Origin: Blasia pusilla
Lineage: Eukaryota
Assembly (NCBI GenBank): GCA_050084515.1
Contig: CM114271.1
Coordinates: 36,022,001-36,086,000 of the forward strand
DNA: 64,000 bases
Direction: 5' to 3'
Shown here: one piece after another, positions 23,050 through 34,038 of the stretch
Position numbering within the stretch: position 1 is the stretch's first letter
Layout of the letters: each line of letters begins with the position of its first letter
Position numbers and translations under genes: made by a program
The notes under the pieces: generated by a model
Told to the model about the DNA's origin: nothing
What the model saw: only the letters and a program-made list of their open reading frames with translations
The model's database searches: none

Positions 23050-26000
23050 CCATGGACAGATATGTCCTTCTAGGATAGTTTCTAGAGGTTTTTCTGGTAT
23101 GATGTATAAACATCTTCATGATTACTTTCCTTATGAGGACTCTGCTGGTGGCTTTTCTGAATTGCTTCAAGTTGCCTAAGTAGCCTCTAATCTGGCTTAA
23201 GGGAGAGTTCTAGCAATAATGGTCTAGGTACTAGGGGTGGGGCCACTTTTGGCATTGTTGAAGGAAGGTGGAGGAATTTTTCCGAGAACCATAGGCGAGG
23301 TGCTCTTGTAGTTGGTGAGTTGCGCTATCGTTATACTATTCAGTGAGGCTTTCCAATCACACCTCAATCCACAGTTTGGAGTTGCCCACCAACCAGCTAT
23401 AAGATGATCACCTTACGTTTGAAGGCTTGCCTCATTATACATTATCAGTGAGTGGTTTGAATTTTCGTGGAAGATGTGGAGAACGCCTTCAACTAAGTGT
23501 CACAGAAGCAACTATCTTCAAAGCTAGAGTTGAGCGATGTTGGTGGCCTCATCTCGAGCCTCATTCTATTTGTGCAGGATTTTTGTGGGGCCCATTTGGC
23601 CTTCTATTCCCACCATGGTTGGCTTGAAGAGGAAGTAATGGTTTTGGAGCTTGCCACTGGTACTTGTCGAGGTGATCCCCTAGATGATGTAGCTTTTGCT
23701 TTAGCTCATTATTTAATAGTTCTCTACGTTGGAGGATTTCTTGTGTTGCAATTCCCCTTGTTGGTAGATGATACTCTATTTTTGATCCTAGAGATCTAAT
23801 CATATGTGCATTCAAAAAATTTCATTGTAAGTCTTGCGGTGAAAGTGGGGAAATTGCAAGGTATGATTTCCATCAAGCCTACCCTTGGATTATCCAATGG
23901 ATTTATAACACTTGTCAGAGGTCTTCATATCTTGGGAGTCCCACTCAGGAGCGGAAACTTTGTTGTGAGTTTCATAATGGGAACTCTTGCCAAGAATGTC
24001 CTCCATATTGATGATCTCATGAGGATTGCATTGGTGATCTTCAAGTTACGTATGAGGATCACCACTCTCCTCTTGTTGTGCTCAATGCACTAGTTATCTC
24101 ACTAGAATAGTTTGGATGTCTAATTAACTTTCTACCCTTTTTAGATCTTTTGATATGAAGATCCTACATTTTTTTGGGGATCGATTAGGACCCAACTCCT
24201 TAGAGTGCCCCGTGGGGGAGTTATTAAGTAGACGGGCTTCTTGGAATATTGACTTTTGGTGAAGTAGATCTTCTCTTGCTTGAGTTAGTGGTACCCTCAA
24301 CCATTCTAGTGAATTGGGCCATTGGAGCACCCCTTTATTTCTCTAGATTTCTGGTTAGGGATACACCACTCCCCCTACAATACGTATCTCAAGTTGATGA
24401 TGGCCTTTTCCTACGACAGTCTTCCCTTAGAGCATGTAGAGATTCGCTTCTTGTTAAGGCTAGAGCCACTCTCCCCACTTTCTCCTCCTTAGTTACCTCG
24501 GGTGAGTCTAGGCTCTGATCTTCTTTGATGAAAGCCCACTTTGAGGGAGTTCTTAAAGGCACTATGTTGGATGGAGATATTCCCATGGAGGTTTGGGCCT
24601 ATATTCACTCTTGCTTCGGGAAGGGGGAGGCTCATGGATAGGGGCTTGCCCTCTCCTCTCAGGTTTCTGCATCACATCACTAGCTTACCTATGCTAGAGA
24701 GATGCAATTTTGACTAGACCTTTCCCAACCATCCGTGGTTGGTTTGATACATGATGAATGTAGTGGGAGTCTTAGGGTTGGATGAAAATAGACGGATTCA
24801 GAAATATCTAAAAATATGCTATCTTGCCCTCGCACATAGGTTTATTGGGAACCCAAGTCGCGAATGCAAGGGTGGGGTATAGGGACAAGTGGGGGGCAGG
24901 AGAGTGTAGGGACAAGTGCAAGCACATGTGCAGGGAAATGGGATATGGGTCGTAGCGGTGATGCTATAGGAATGCAAGGGGGCCACCTGGGAAAAAAATG
25001 GAGGAGACCATTTCTTGCATCCCCTATGTCTTCCCCAAATGGTGGGCGCAAGAATTGAATAGGGGCCAAGGGGAGAATAGGCATGCAGGCCATGGGTTGG
25101 GCCATGGGGACAAGTTGGCGGGGATGTAGGAAGTGGGTGGAATTGATGCACAATATGGGAAAAATTTCCCACATGAACAAGTCCATCCCTAGCAAGGTTT
25201 CACGTCTATCTATGGGACGGACATGCCACCCGCGTACTAGACGCCCACATTTGAGACCGCATGCTGAGCCCGTAGGGGGCACCTAGGCTCGCCGAGCCCA
25301 CATCGGTTTTGTTGTCCGTGCGAATCATGAACCAGAGTGCAGCAAACCCACAACCAAGCCTGCAGGGCGGGTTGGGCTCCCATTTGACGGTCTCAGGCCC
25401 ACAGACGGTGCGCATGGAGGACTTGAGGCCCCTGCAGGGCTTGCACCTGAGGCCGCCCAATGGGAGCCCAACCCTAAGTGAGCCCAATGAGTGCGGGCCT
25501 GGTTGTGGGCTTGGTGAGCCCGGGTGCCCATTATGGGCGCGGCAGGCTCCGGTATGGACCTTGGGTACCCGGACCCATAAAGACATGTGCATCCTAGGGA
25601 TAGACATAAATGTGCGGATATGTCCATATTCATGGATATGGACTTTATTCGTGTGCAACCCTTATCCCTAAGACAGACATGGGTTTGGAGACATTGATTT
25701 TTTCTGCGTGCAACCTTGTAGAGTGTGGATCCTTTTGGTGTGCATTTGGCATATTATCTAGTTGGGTATGAGAGGACCCCCACAGTTGACTCAAGATGTT
25801 GTGCGGGATATGATGTTTTTGTATTGGTTGTGAGAGTGGCTTCCACGTGTAGAGAGAGTGGCACTACCTCAAACCTACCTTTGGCCGCATGGGGGCTTTA
25901 GGCGAGAGCTTGGTGTGGGCTGGTTGAGCCCAACTCCACATTACGGGCTCGACGGGATCAAGCGCGGGCTCGGGTGTGGGCAGGGGTCCTGTTGGGCATT

Positions 26001-26500
26001 TTTGCGGACATGTCTGTCCCATGGATGGACTTGTTTGGTTTCGTGCAACCTTGGGCACTATTCCATGATGGATTTCCTTATTCGTGCTAATCTTTATATG
26101 ATACACGAGGTTGAGGTACGTGGTGGTGGTTGATGTTGTTATGATGGATTCTACGTGGGAGTGTGTAAAAGCTCACATGATGGCATAAGGGGATTATTAC
26201 AAGGAGCAGCGGCAGCAAAGAAGACCTATCTTTACATTCGATTTCATGATGGACATGAGTTCGTCCCCATAGCCATCGAGATGTATGGGGTAATAGGGGA
26301 GAGGTATCACTCGTTCATTACACACTACACTCATAATATCATGTATAGAAATGGGTTGTCTCAACTACTCCAATTCTTTGTTGTAAGCCACATACCTACT
26401 TAACTTTGTGGCATGCCCAAGCCAATGGGTTTTTGAGGTGGGCTCAAGCCATGGCAGATGTTGGTGCTAAAGTTCCTCTAGCACCAATAGGTGTATTTGA
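23050..26500 (+). mobile_element. Decayed non-LTR retrotransposon with RT and restriction-like endonuclease (CRE/R2-group-like), interrupted by GC-rich inserts
   Basis: LLALLKEGGGIFPRTIGEVL, PQFGVA, ENAFN, TGTCRGDPL..AFALAH, FPLLVDDT, ILGVPLRS; later DPFGVHL..ERT..ESGFHV and AAAAKKTY..FVPIAIEMYG. Confidence 0.7.
24773..25718. mobile_element. GC-rich non-autonomous DNA-transposon-like insert; related pieces at ~6550-6890, 22610-23060, 25860-26053 and 33690-34038
   Basis: Shared motifs GTCC(A/G)TCCC..GGGACGGACATG and ends AGGGTTG / GTGCAACC(C/T)T; interrupts non-LTR coding remnants; no clean TSD. Confidence 0.45.
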
Positions 26501-28044
26501 TATGATTTTCTTTTTAGTGAGTTTAGGTATGAGGTTTTTTTTTTCTGGGAAGGCCATACCCCACGTGTGGCCTTGGCTGTCTTCACTCCTTGAGTCTTCA
26601 CCCTTTCGTACTTTCGACGGGTTCCCCACCCTTTTCTGCTGACTTTCTTTATGTCAAAATTAAATGTAAACTTATAGAAGGGCTTCTGATGAGTACAACA
26701 TCAGAAAACAGAAGTAATGGTGGGAGTGTGCAGGAGGGAGTCATGGCACGATCGTGACGCAGAAAGGAAATGGTCTACCTCGGTAGATAAGGCGCACGAC
26801 CTTTAACCGATTACCCCTCCAAAATTACTCAAGAATTCATTTCGTTCATTCGAGGGAAATTATTGCCAAAAATTATTGACAAATTACTTCGGGGATGAGG
26901 AAGAACTCTTATGAGTTCTAAATTAATATTTTTCAATTAAAATAACTAGTAAATTGCAAGCGAGTTACGTCATTCTCAACTCTCTTATGTCTTAGCGTAA
27001 ATCCTTACCCTTCATTTAGATCTTTCAAATGACACATCTCAAAGAAGAAGAGAGGAGTCCTCAAAGGCCAGGTGTCAGCAGCAGATGGGTTATATAATCC
27101 CGTCCTCTCCTACTAATATAGATTGCATAGACGGTCTTTTCTTCTTACTTTACTCGAGGCGGCTGATTCCCGGTCCAAAAAATCGTGATATATCCACCCG
27201 GTGGGTTTAGCAACACTGCCTCGCTTCTTGCTGGTATGTAGCCTCTCAGGCTCTCAGCATGGACCTGGTCCTCGTTTTGGTTTGACCAGTTTGTTATGTG
27301 TAAGTTTAGGAAGTCTAGCTGGTTTTCGAAGCCACCTGTCCCCCCGGAGAAAAAAGAGAAAGCATGTGTCGCATTCCCGGGAAAATTTGGTCCCTACCTA
27401 CCGCGGTATGTGAGGTCATCGTGAATTTCTTAGGAAAACATTTTCCTGCTTGCTTTCGAAACTGAAATTGAAAATTACGTGGCTTTCCAGCTATATTTAG
27501 TGGGCAAGGAGAACACGAACTTCGCTTTGTTTACAACGGTGACCCCGGGCCCTTCAGCGCTAGGTAGTAGTCGCAGTGATCCCATACCACTCCCACTAAT
27601 TTACACCCACGGTCAAGGTCGGTGGTTTGAGGTGGCCCAGAAGAAACGTTTACCACTAGTTGACCACAGGCCGCGGGGTATTTGTTATGCCCGTCCTCGC
27701 AAATCTTATCTCGTTAGGCCCGACGCGTTCGTTGCGGAGTAGCGGAAGGTGCAGAACAGTGACTGTGATTTGACCCCGGAATCAATTCGATGATCACGAC
27801 TCATAGCATGCTCGTGGGATATTACTTGAGTTACTTTTGACGACGGGCGTTGTTTGGATTCCCGAACCTTCGGCGTCTAGGCCTTCAATTACCTAACCAA
27901 CACATCTAGCTAATATCGTCGATGGTGTCTGCTTAGAGATTTGGAGAGGGCGCGGGTATTTGGGTGATTCGGAGGCTTTTAGAAGTTAGGGACGATCCTG
28001 GGTGCGATTCAAGCATTTGTTTGATGAGGAAGAAATGGTCAAGT

Positions 28045-28189
28045 CACGTGGGGTAGACATCCATCTGTGAATAAGAAACTCCCCAAAGTCAATGTCTTTG
28101 GGACCGTCCAGACGGAGGTCAAAACCGATGCGGAGGATCTCCCCTCACGACGATCATTTGAGGCCCGACTTTGTGCTTATAAATATAAA
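28045..28189 (+). promoter_or_regulatory. Candidate promoter of the amidohydrolase gene (G-box CACGTG at 28045, TATA-like TATAAATATAAA at 28178)
   Basis: Motif matches upstream of ATG 28456; short motifs, no transcript evidence. Confidence 0.4.
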
Positions 28190-28455
28190 CGAGAACGTGC
28201 AAACGGGACATCGACATTTGGTGCGGCACATCCATACGGATTGCAAGAAGTCCTCCGTGGAGTCGAACGATTTTGAGTCGGCGGTCGTGCATCATCAAGC
28301 TTCGTGATTTCATCTGTGTTCAGTGACGGGTGTACATTCGTGTGTAGGATTCGCTCTCTCTGGGGTTAGAAGGTATAGTTGCAATTTGGTCTCCGACAGA
28401 AAAGTTGCAATTCTTTGGTAGTTCCTTTCCGAAGGAACTGCCTGCGAAGAGGATC

Positions 28456-29571
28456 ATGGCAACCTGGTATTTTCTGCTTTCGGCTTTGCTACTGATTGTC
28501 GTTCTTCAGTTCCCCCCTTCAGTGGCTGCAGTTGAAAAACAGCGTGAAGCGAGCTTGTTCCCGTCGAAAAGGATTGACACCCATGCACACTTCATTCCTC
28601 CGTTCTACTACGAAATTTTGAAGACCAAAGGCCTGCACTCTGGAGGCAGACCGATTCCAAAATGGAATGTTTCCGAGCACTTGGAATTGATGGATGCTCT
28701 GCACATTGACACTGCTATTTTGTCCATCTCCGCACCTGGCGCTCTATTGGAGGGCGACGACCTTCAGACGAGTCGGAAGTTGGCGCGGCTGTTGAACGAG
28801 TACGGGCACATGTTGGCTCAGACATATCCTGAGCGATTCCAGTTTTTTGCCACGCTCACTCTCCCCGACGTAGAGGGCTCCGTTGAGGAAGCGATCTACG
28901 CTTTGGATGAGCTGAAAGCTGCGGGGGTGATCCTGCTCGCCAATACCAATGGAGAGTATCTTGGTAGTAAGAAATTCGACCCATTGATGGAAGTGCTCAA
29001 CGCCCGTGACGCTGTTGTTTTCATTCATCCAAACAGCATACCCGTTCCACCAAAACCGGAGCACATCGAGGATTCGGGAGTACCCGATTTCGTGATGGAC
29101 TTCTTGCTGGACACTACCCGCGCTGCAGCCAATCTGGTGCTCAAGAAAGTATTGGTACGCTACCCCAACGTCAAGTACATCCTTTCTCACTCAGGAGGAT
29201 TCATGCCCTTCGCTGCATACCGAATGGGCGGGGCTTTGGCTTTCCTGGCTAAGGATAGTATGGAGAACACCTTGAAACATCTCCAGAGTTTCTATGTGGA
29301 CACGGCCTTGGCGTCCAGTCCTGCAGCGCTACCTAGCACCCTCGCTTTCATCCCTCACAATCACATCACGTTTGGTTCCGACTTTCCATTCGCCCCTACC
29401 TTCGGTATCAAGATAGCGACTGGTCAATTGGACTTGTACCCAATGGAATCAGAAACTCTCCAAAGCATTAACTACCACAACAGCGACAAGCTCTTCGCCA
29501 AGCCTTTGGCTTACTGGAGACATGTGTGGCGAGCTCCAGTTGAGGAGAGGTCTATCAAAGAGGAATTGTAA
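28456..29571 (+). CDS. Amidohydrolase_2 family metal-dependent hydrolase/decarboxylase (ACMSD / 6-methylsalicylate decarboxylase-like), 371 aa, signal peptide and C-terminal KEEL
   Basis: Uninterrupted ORF; RIDTHAHF (HxH), VFIHP, ILSHSGGFMPF, FYVDTAL, FGSDFPF; hydrophobic N-terminus MATWYFLLSALLLIVVL..SVAA; good start context ATCATGG. Confidence 0.92.
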   Translation: MATWYFLLSALLLIVVLQFPPSVAAVEKQREASLFPSKRIDTHAHFIPPFYYEILKTKGLHSGGRPIPKWNVSEHLELMDALHIDTAILSISAPGALLEGDDLQTSRKLARLLNEYGHMLAQTYPERFQFFATLTLPDVEGSVEEAIYALDELKAAGVILLANTNGEYLGSKKFDPLMEVLNARDAVVFIHPNSIPVPPKPEHIEDSGVPDFVMDFLLDTTRAAANLVLKKVLVRYPNVKYILSHSGGFMPFAAYRMGGALAFLAKDSMENTLKHLQSFYVDTALASSPAALPSTLAFIPHNHITFGSDFPFAPTFGIKIATGQLDLYPMESETLQSINYHNSDKLFAKPLAYWRHVWRAPVEERSIKEEL

Positions 29572-32500
29572 GTGAAGAAATCTATGTGTGAATCTAAATT
29601 CTTGCTGGAAGGGATTATGCCTCTGCTCAAGGACAGGTCAGCTGTCCTATTCTGCGATCGACTGGGAAGAGGACGCCCTGAAGTGTGAGTGTGGCTTTGT
29701 TCAAATCCAAGTACTTAATTTGGATGGTTTAGTATATTTTCCACCTTCACTAAGAAGGAATAACTCTAGAGGTAGTTTTTACATGATGTTTCTGAAGCAT
29801 CTCCGCGCAAGTGGACTACGCGATTCTTTTAGTATAGACAATTCTTGGATCCTTCAATTTAGATTTTCTCCTTGCCATTGTTTCCTGAGTAGTGCTAATT
29901 AGCTGTATCATCATCCAACTCAGATGAAGTCCAGTTCCGATCTGAACACACCAATTGTACAGACTCGAGCATTAGAAATCTAGTTCGTTACGATGGCGCT
30001 TCGAGTGTCCAGAGACGCAAATGAGCAAATCTTTTTACTGCGTGAATTTTTGTGAGTTTTCAACATCCGTCGTGATTGGTTTAAGAAGGAGAGTCATTCA
30101 ACTCGTTCGGAGGAGAGCTTGCAGCTCTATTAGACCTCCCCTAATAACAGAGTAGGGCTCATCGGCTGCAAATCAAAATTTCGATGACTTTCATTGCATA
30201 GTTACTAGCCAGGCAATTTTCCATCTGAAACCAAGACTCCAGCCAGAACAACCTTGTTTGGAATTGACCATGAAATTTTGAATCGTGTTAGCTCTCTAGA
30301 GACAATACGTCTAGTCTTGTATCCCAGACTGGTGTTTCCAGTTATGGTTCACGAAATATGCCTTTTGGGAATTCGAAGTACTTGTTGCAGCTAATCGGGC
30401 TGTGTCTAGTAAAGTATCCACTCGCAACTGTTATGAATATGGACGTAACCCTCGAAAGTCAGCGTAGTGACAGGTGCATTTCGTCAATTTGAAGAACCCC
30501 TTCTTTTTGATATTTTTTAATATGTATGATGAAGGTGTTGACAGTTGAAGTTCACCATGAAAAGGTGGGAGATCTTAGTTTTAATCTGCGTGTGAAACGT
30601 TGAAATTTCATATATCGTGCCAACTCGAAATTCCTTTTCAGGTGGAGTCATAACTCGTGACGTCGAACTCACGACAAGTTCTCCGAACTTCTAGGCTTAT
30701 TATTTGATGTATGGCATGCGCCCAGTACGTGTGTGGATGAATCCTACCAACCTTGACCTTCCCCTGGCTGGCAATTGGTGCCGTTTCGCCTCGGGTGTCA
30801 TTCCCTAGCGTAGTTGAGCGGTGGTGAAATAAAGAAGAAACGGCGTCCCTGATTACAGCACATATTACAAGTCGTCGGGTTAGTGGGGCTCGTTTCAACG
30901 TAATCTCAGGTATGTGGTGGGCCGCGCATGCAGATTCGCGAGTTCAACAATGTAAATTGAGATTTGGATGAAGAAAGTTAGCTGCTACCTGCCATGTCGG
31001 GAGGATAGCGTGATGAGGAATGCTAGTGATGGTGTACGAGCATATGAGGACATGTTTGAAACCGTGACGAAGGGTCTTTAACTATGATCCACCACATTTC
31101 GATTTAGAATTCTCCTAGTCAAACCTGTAAGCCAACGAGTTTGCTCGCCACCTGGACGTGAAAACAGGTCGCAACTCTGTATCGGCTCATCACGTGTCCT
31201 TTGTGCTCATGGCTGCCGTCCGCGTATTCATATGATGAATCTCACGTCGTCCACTGAATTCGAATCCAAATGAACTGTTCCAGGCTTAAGTGTGCGAGCC
31301 GCGTCTTAGGAGTAGGAATCTCAGGTCGCATACTATCTAGCCACAGCCATATTCATAGCTCGATACATGAGGGATCTTTTCCCGTCTCGGTCGCCAAAAT
31401 ACTGTACACATCTGCACTGTTGCTGTAGATGTCGAGTAGAGAGCAGTCGAGGAGCGCGAGTGGGCATCAACTCCGTTTCTGAACAGTGTGGTTTGTAAAG
31501 CTTTGGGAGTCCCACTACAAGACGCGATTCCGTACAATTCCGTGTCCACACCAGGCAGCTCACAAAACGCAACACCCGATTCAGTTGCAATTCACTAGTC
31601 TCCGCAGTATCAACTTCACACTGTAGCTTGGAAGGTATCACCTAACCCACTTCCTTCAAGCACAAAGAATTTCTAAAGCGAAGTACTACCTGGTAAATGT
31701 ACGGCACATACAAAACGACTCGAGCTGCACGTGCATGACTGTCAATCCCTCGAGTCTCTTCACATATCATACGCCATGCTATCCAGGGAAACTCTAATAA
31801 ACTGGGGCGAGGAATCTTTGGAGTATACCCGTCCGGCTGGAGGCCGGACACAGGCATGCGAAAACCGATACTGTATCCTTTTGTGACCGCATCCTGTCAT
31901 AGCATATGTAGAATAACTAGCTGACTAGCTACTGTAGTAGTTAACCAACATACGCTGCCAGTTGTAGTGCTGTCAACCGTGACCGGAGCCATGCGAAAAT
32001 CCTTACGGTCGACGGTCCCAACCTCCCTAGGGAGAATTTGTCACAGGCCAAGCGTCAATTAACTAGGATTTTATAAGCGTATGTCAGAACTGCCATTGGA
32101 GGAATTCCGACTAGAGTGTTTTCAGGATGATGCGAAGAAGCGATCACATACGTACCGGACGTTCAAGCGCATCCCTTTCGGGATCTGAAAATGGCCAATG
32201 GCCATGAGATGCTAAAGCGCATGGAATTCGTCGCCAATGCGTTTTGAATGTCACTCGATGTGTATCTCTCCTTTTCCTTCGTCGATAGCGAACGGCTCTA
32301 CTGCGGCCCTCTGTGCGCACACATCATTCCGTGTCGAAGCTCGATCGTCACTCCGTCAGGTCCCGTGCGCGTGCCAGCGTCATGATGACTGATCCCCAGA
32401 CCGACCCAGCCGAGTATCTCATGATTCTCATCTGATTCAATCTCGGGTGTCCGAGAAAGTATAGGTGACAGCTTACTCGCTCAGAATCATGAGATCGAGA

Positions 32501-34038
32501 AAGTTGTGGCCACGGTGATTGAGGGACTGGTTGGCGGACTGGACCGGAATTGGAGACTTCGTTGTAGTGAGCAATGAGCATGCATGCTATCTACCCATTC
32601 TACCTATTTGGTGGATCGCCATAAGATGTCTTGGACTTGCCACACCTAGCCCTAGATGTACCCTTCTCCCCGACTCCCTGAAACTGTATATGAAGACGAC
32701 CTGAATCCTGATCCGTGATGTACCCAAAATCGGAATATCTCATCGTCCAAAAAGTAGGTGTCCTTCACACCCAAACTAACAATTTTAAACTAGCACGTGC
32801 AAGGGATGGCTGCAGGTTAATTCTGTTTTGACGATTCACTCTAAGGTGTGCACTTTTAGCTAGCTATTACGAACTTTTTTAGGCAGCTGAAAGTAACCGG
32901 AGAAATGCTTATGTCTAAACGGCAACGTATTTGCATAATATGCTTAAAAGCGGTTTCCAGTATAATGCCTACTCCTCTAATCAGTGAGTAGGTTTAGCTA
33001 TATTAAAGTGATGAGGAACGTGGCACTCAAAGAAAGTTCATGCCACTTCTGCGAATCTTCACCCTAATTGACTTTACGCCTTAGTGGCTCTTCGAAATGC
33101 AAGACCGCGTCAAACTCAGACTTCTTGTCAGACTAGAGACGTGACCCAATAATCTCACAGAGCTCATTCACAGGTGCTGGGTCGTCGACTCACTTCATTC
33201 CAAATGTCCTTTCCAAATCCCTTCACCTTCTGCGTTGTCTAAAGAGCAGCTAGAGTATTCACGTGCGTTCAGTGCACGCGCGACGAACACGTGTGCGAAT
33301 CTGAATGGATTTTTGGTTAGTTTTCATATTCGAACGGAGATATTCCATGCAGCCTTCCTACTTTTATTTTTAATTGTTTCATTTTAGGTGTATTGCTTTA
33401 TGGCATAAAGAAGGCATTTTCCCATATAATATAGATCATGGGTAATGGGTAATTCGTATTCATTACCAATATTTTCCGTGACCAATAATTTAATTAAATT
33501 TTAAAATTCTTAATCGATTCCTCAAAAAACTTATTTATTGACAGATCATGTGATTCTATTCGTTAAAACTATGAGGTTTTCAAGAGAATGCCAAATATCA
33601 TAGGAAGAGGGCACTCTTCAATAATAATATAGATTAGTGTTAGTTAATATGTTTTTGTGTTCATGTGATTATTATGTATGTGAATTATAAGTCCGTCCTT
33701 GGGATGAACATGTTTGTACAGGTCGAGATTCCACGGCCCACACTCAGACCCGCCCTCCCCACGACGTAGATCCGGGCTTGGCTAGCCCGCACAAATTCTA
33801 ACCATCTGTCATTTGTTCTGGGTCCCTATTTTCAGCTTGCACTGAGCTTTTGCCTCACTTGTAGAGGCTCATATCGAGCCTACACATAGCTTGCATCAAG
33901 CCTGGACTAGCCCTCATACACACTACCCGCGATAGGCATGCATAACTTACACAAGGCCCTCGCTTGGCCCACAGAGGGTGGGCCTATCGCGGGTTGGAGT
34001 AGGCTCGATGTGGACTAGGTGAGGGCTTGTAGCCCACA

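Noticed and set aside
28405-28455. Upstream TTG start used by the ORF track
   Set aside because: Eukaryotic context; the first ATG at 28456 has good context and puts the signal peptide at the N-terminus.
28456-29571. Functional link between the amidohydrolase (isoorotate decarboxylase-like fold) and the retrotransposon MTase as a methylation/demethylation pair
   Set aside because: The gene lies outside the elements, has secretory-pathway signals, and its substrate is unknown; proximity is expected in a TE-dense region.
29600-33600. Short ORFs downstream of the amidohydrolase
   Set aside because: No recognisable motifs or consistent strand; treated as intergenic.
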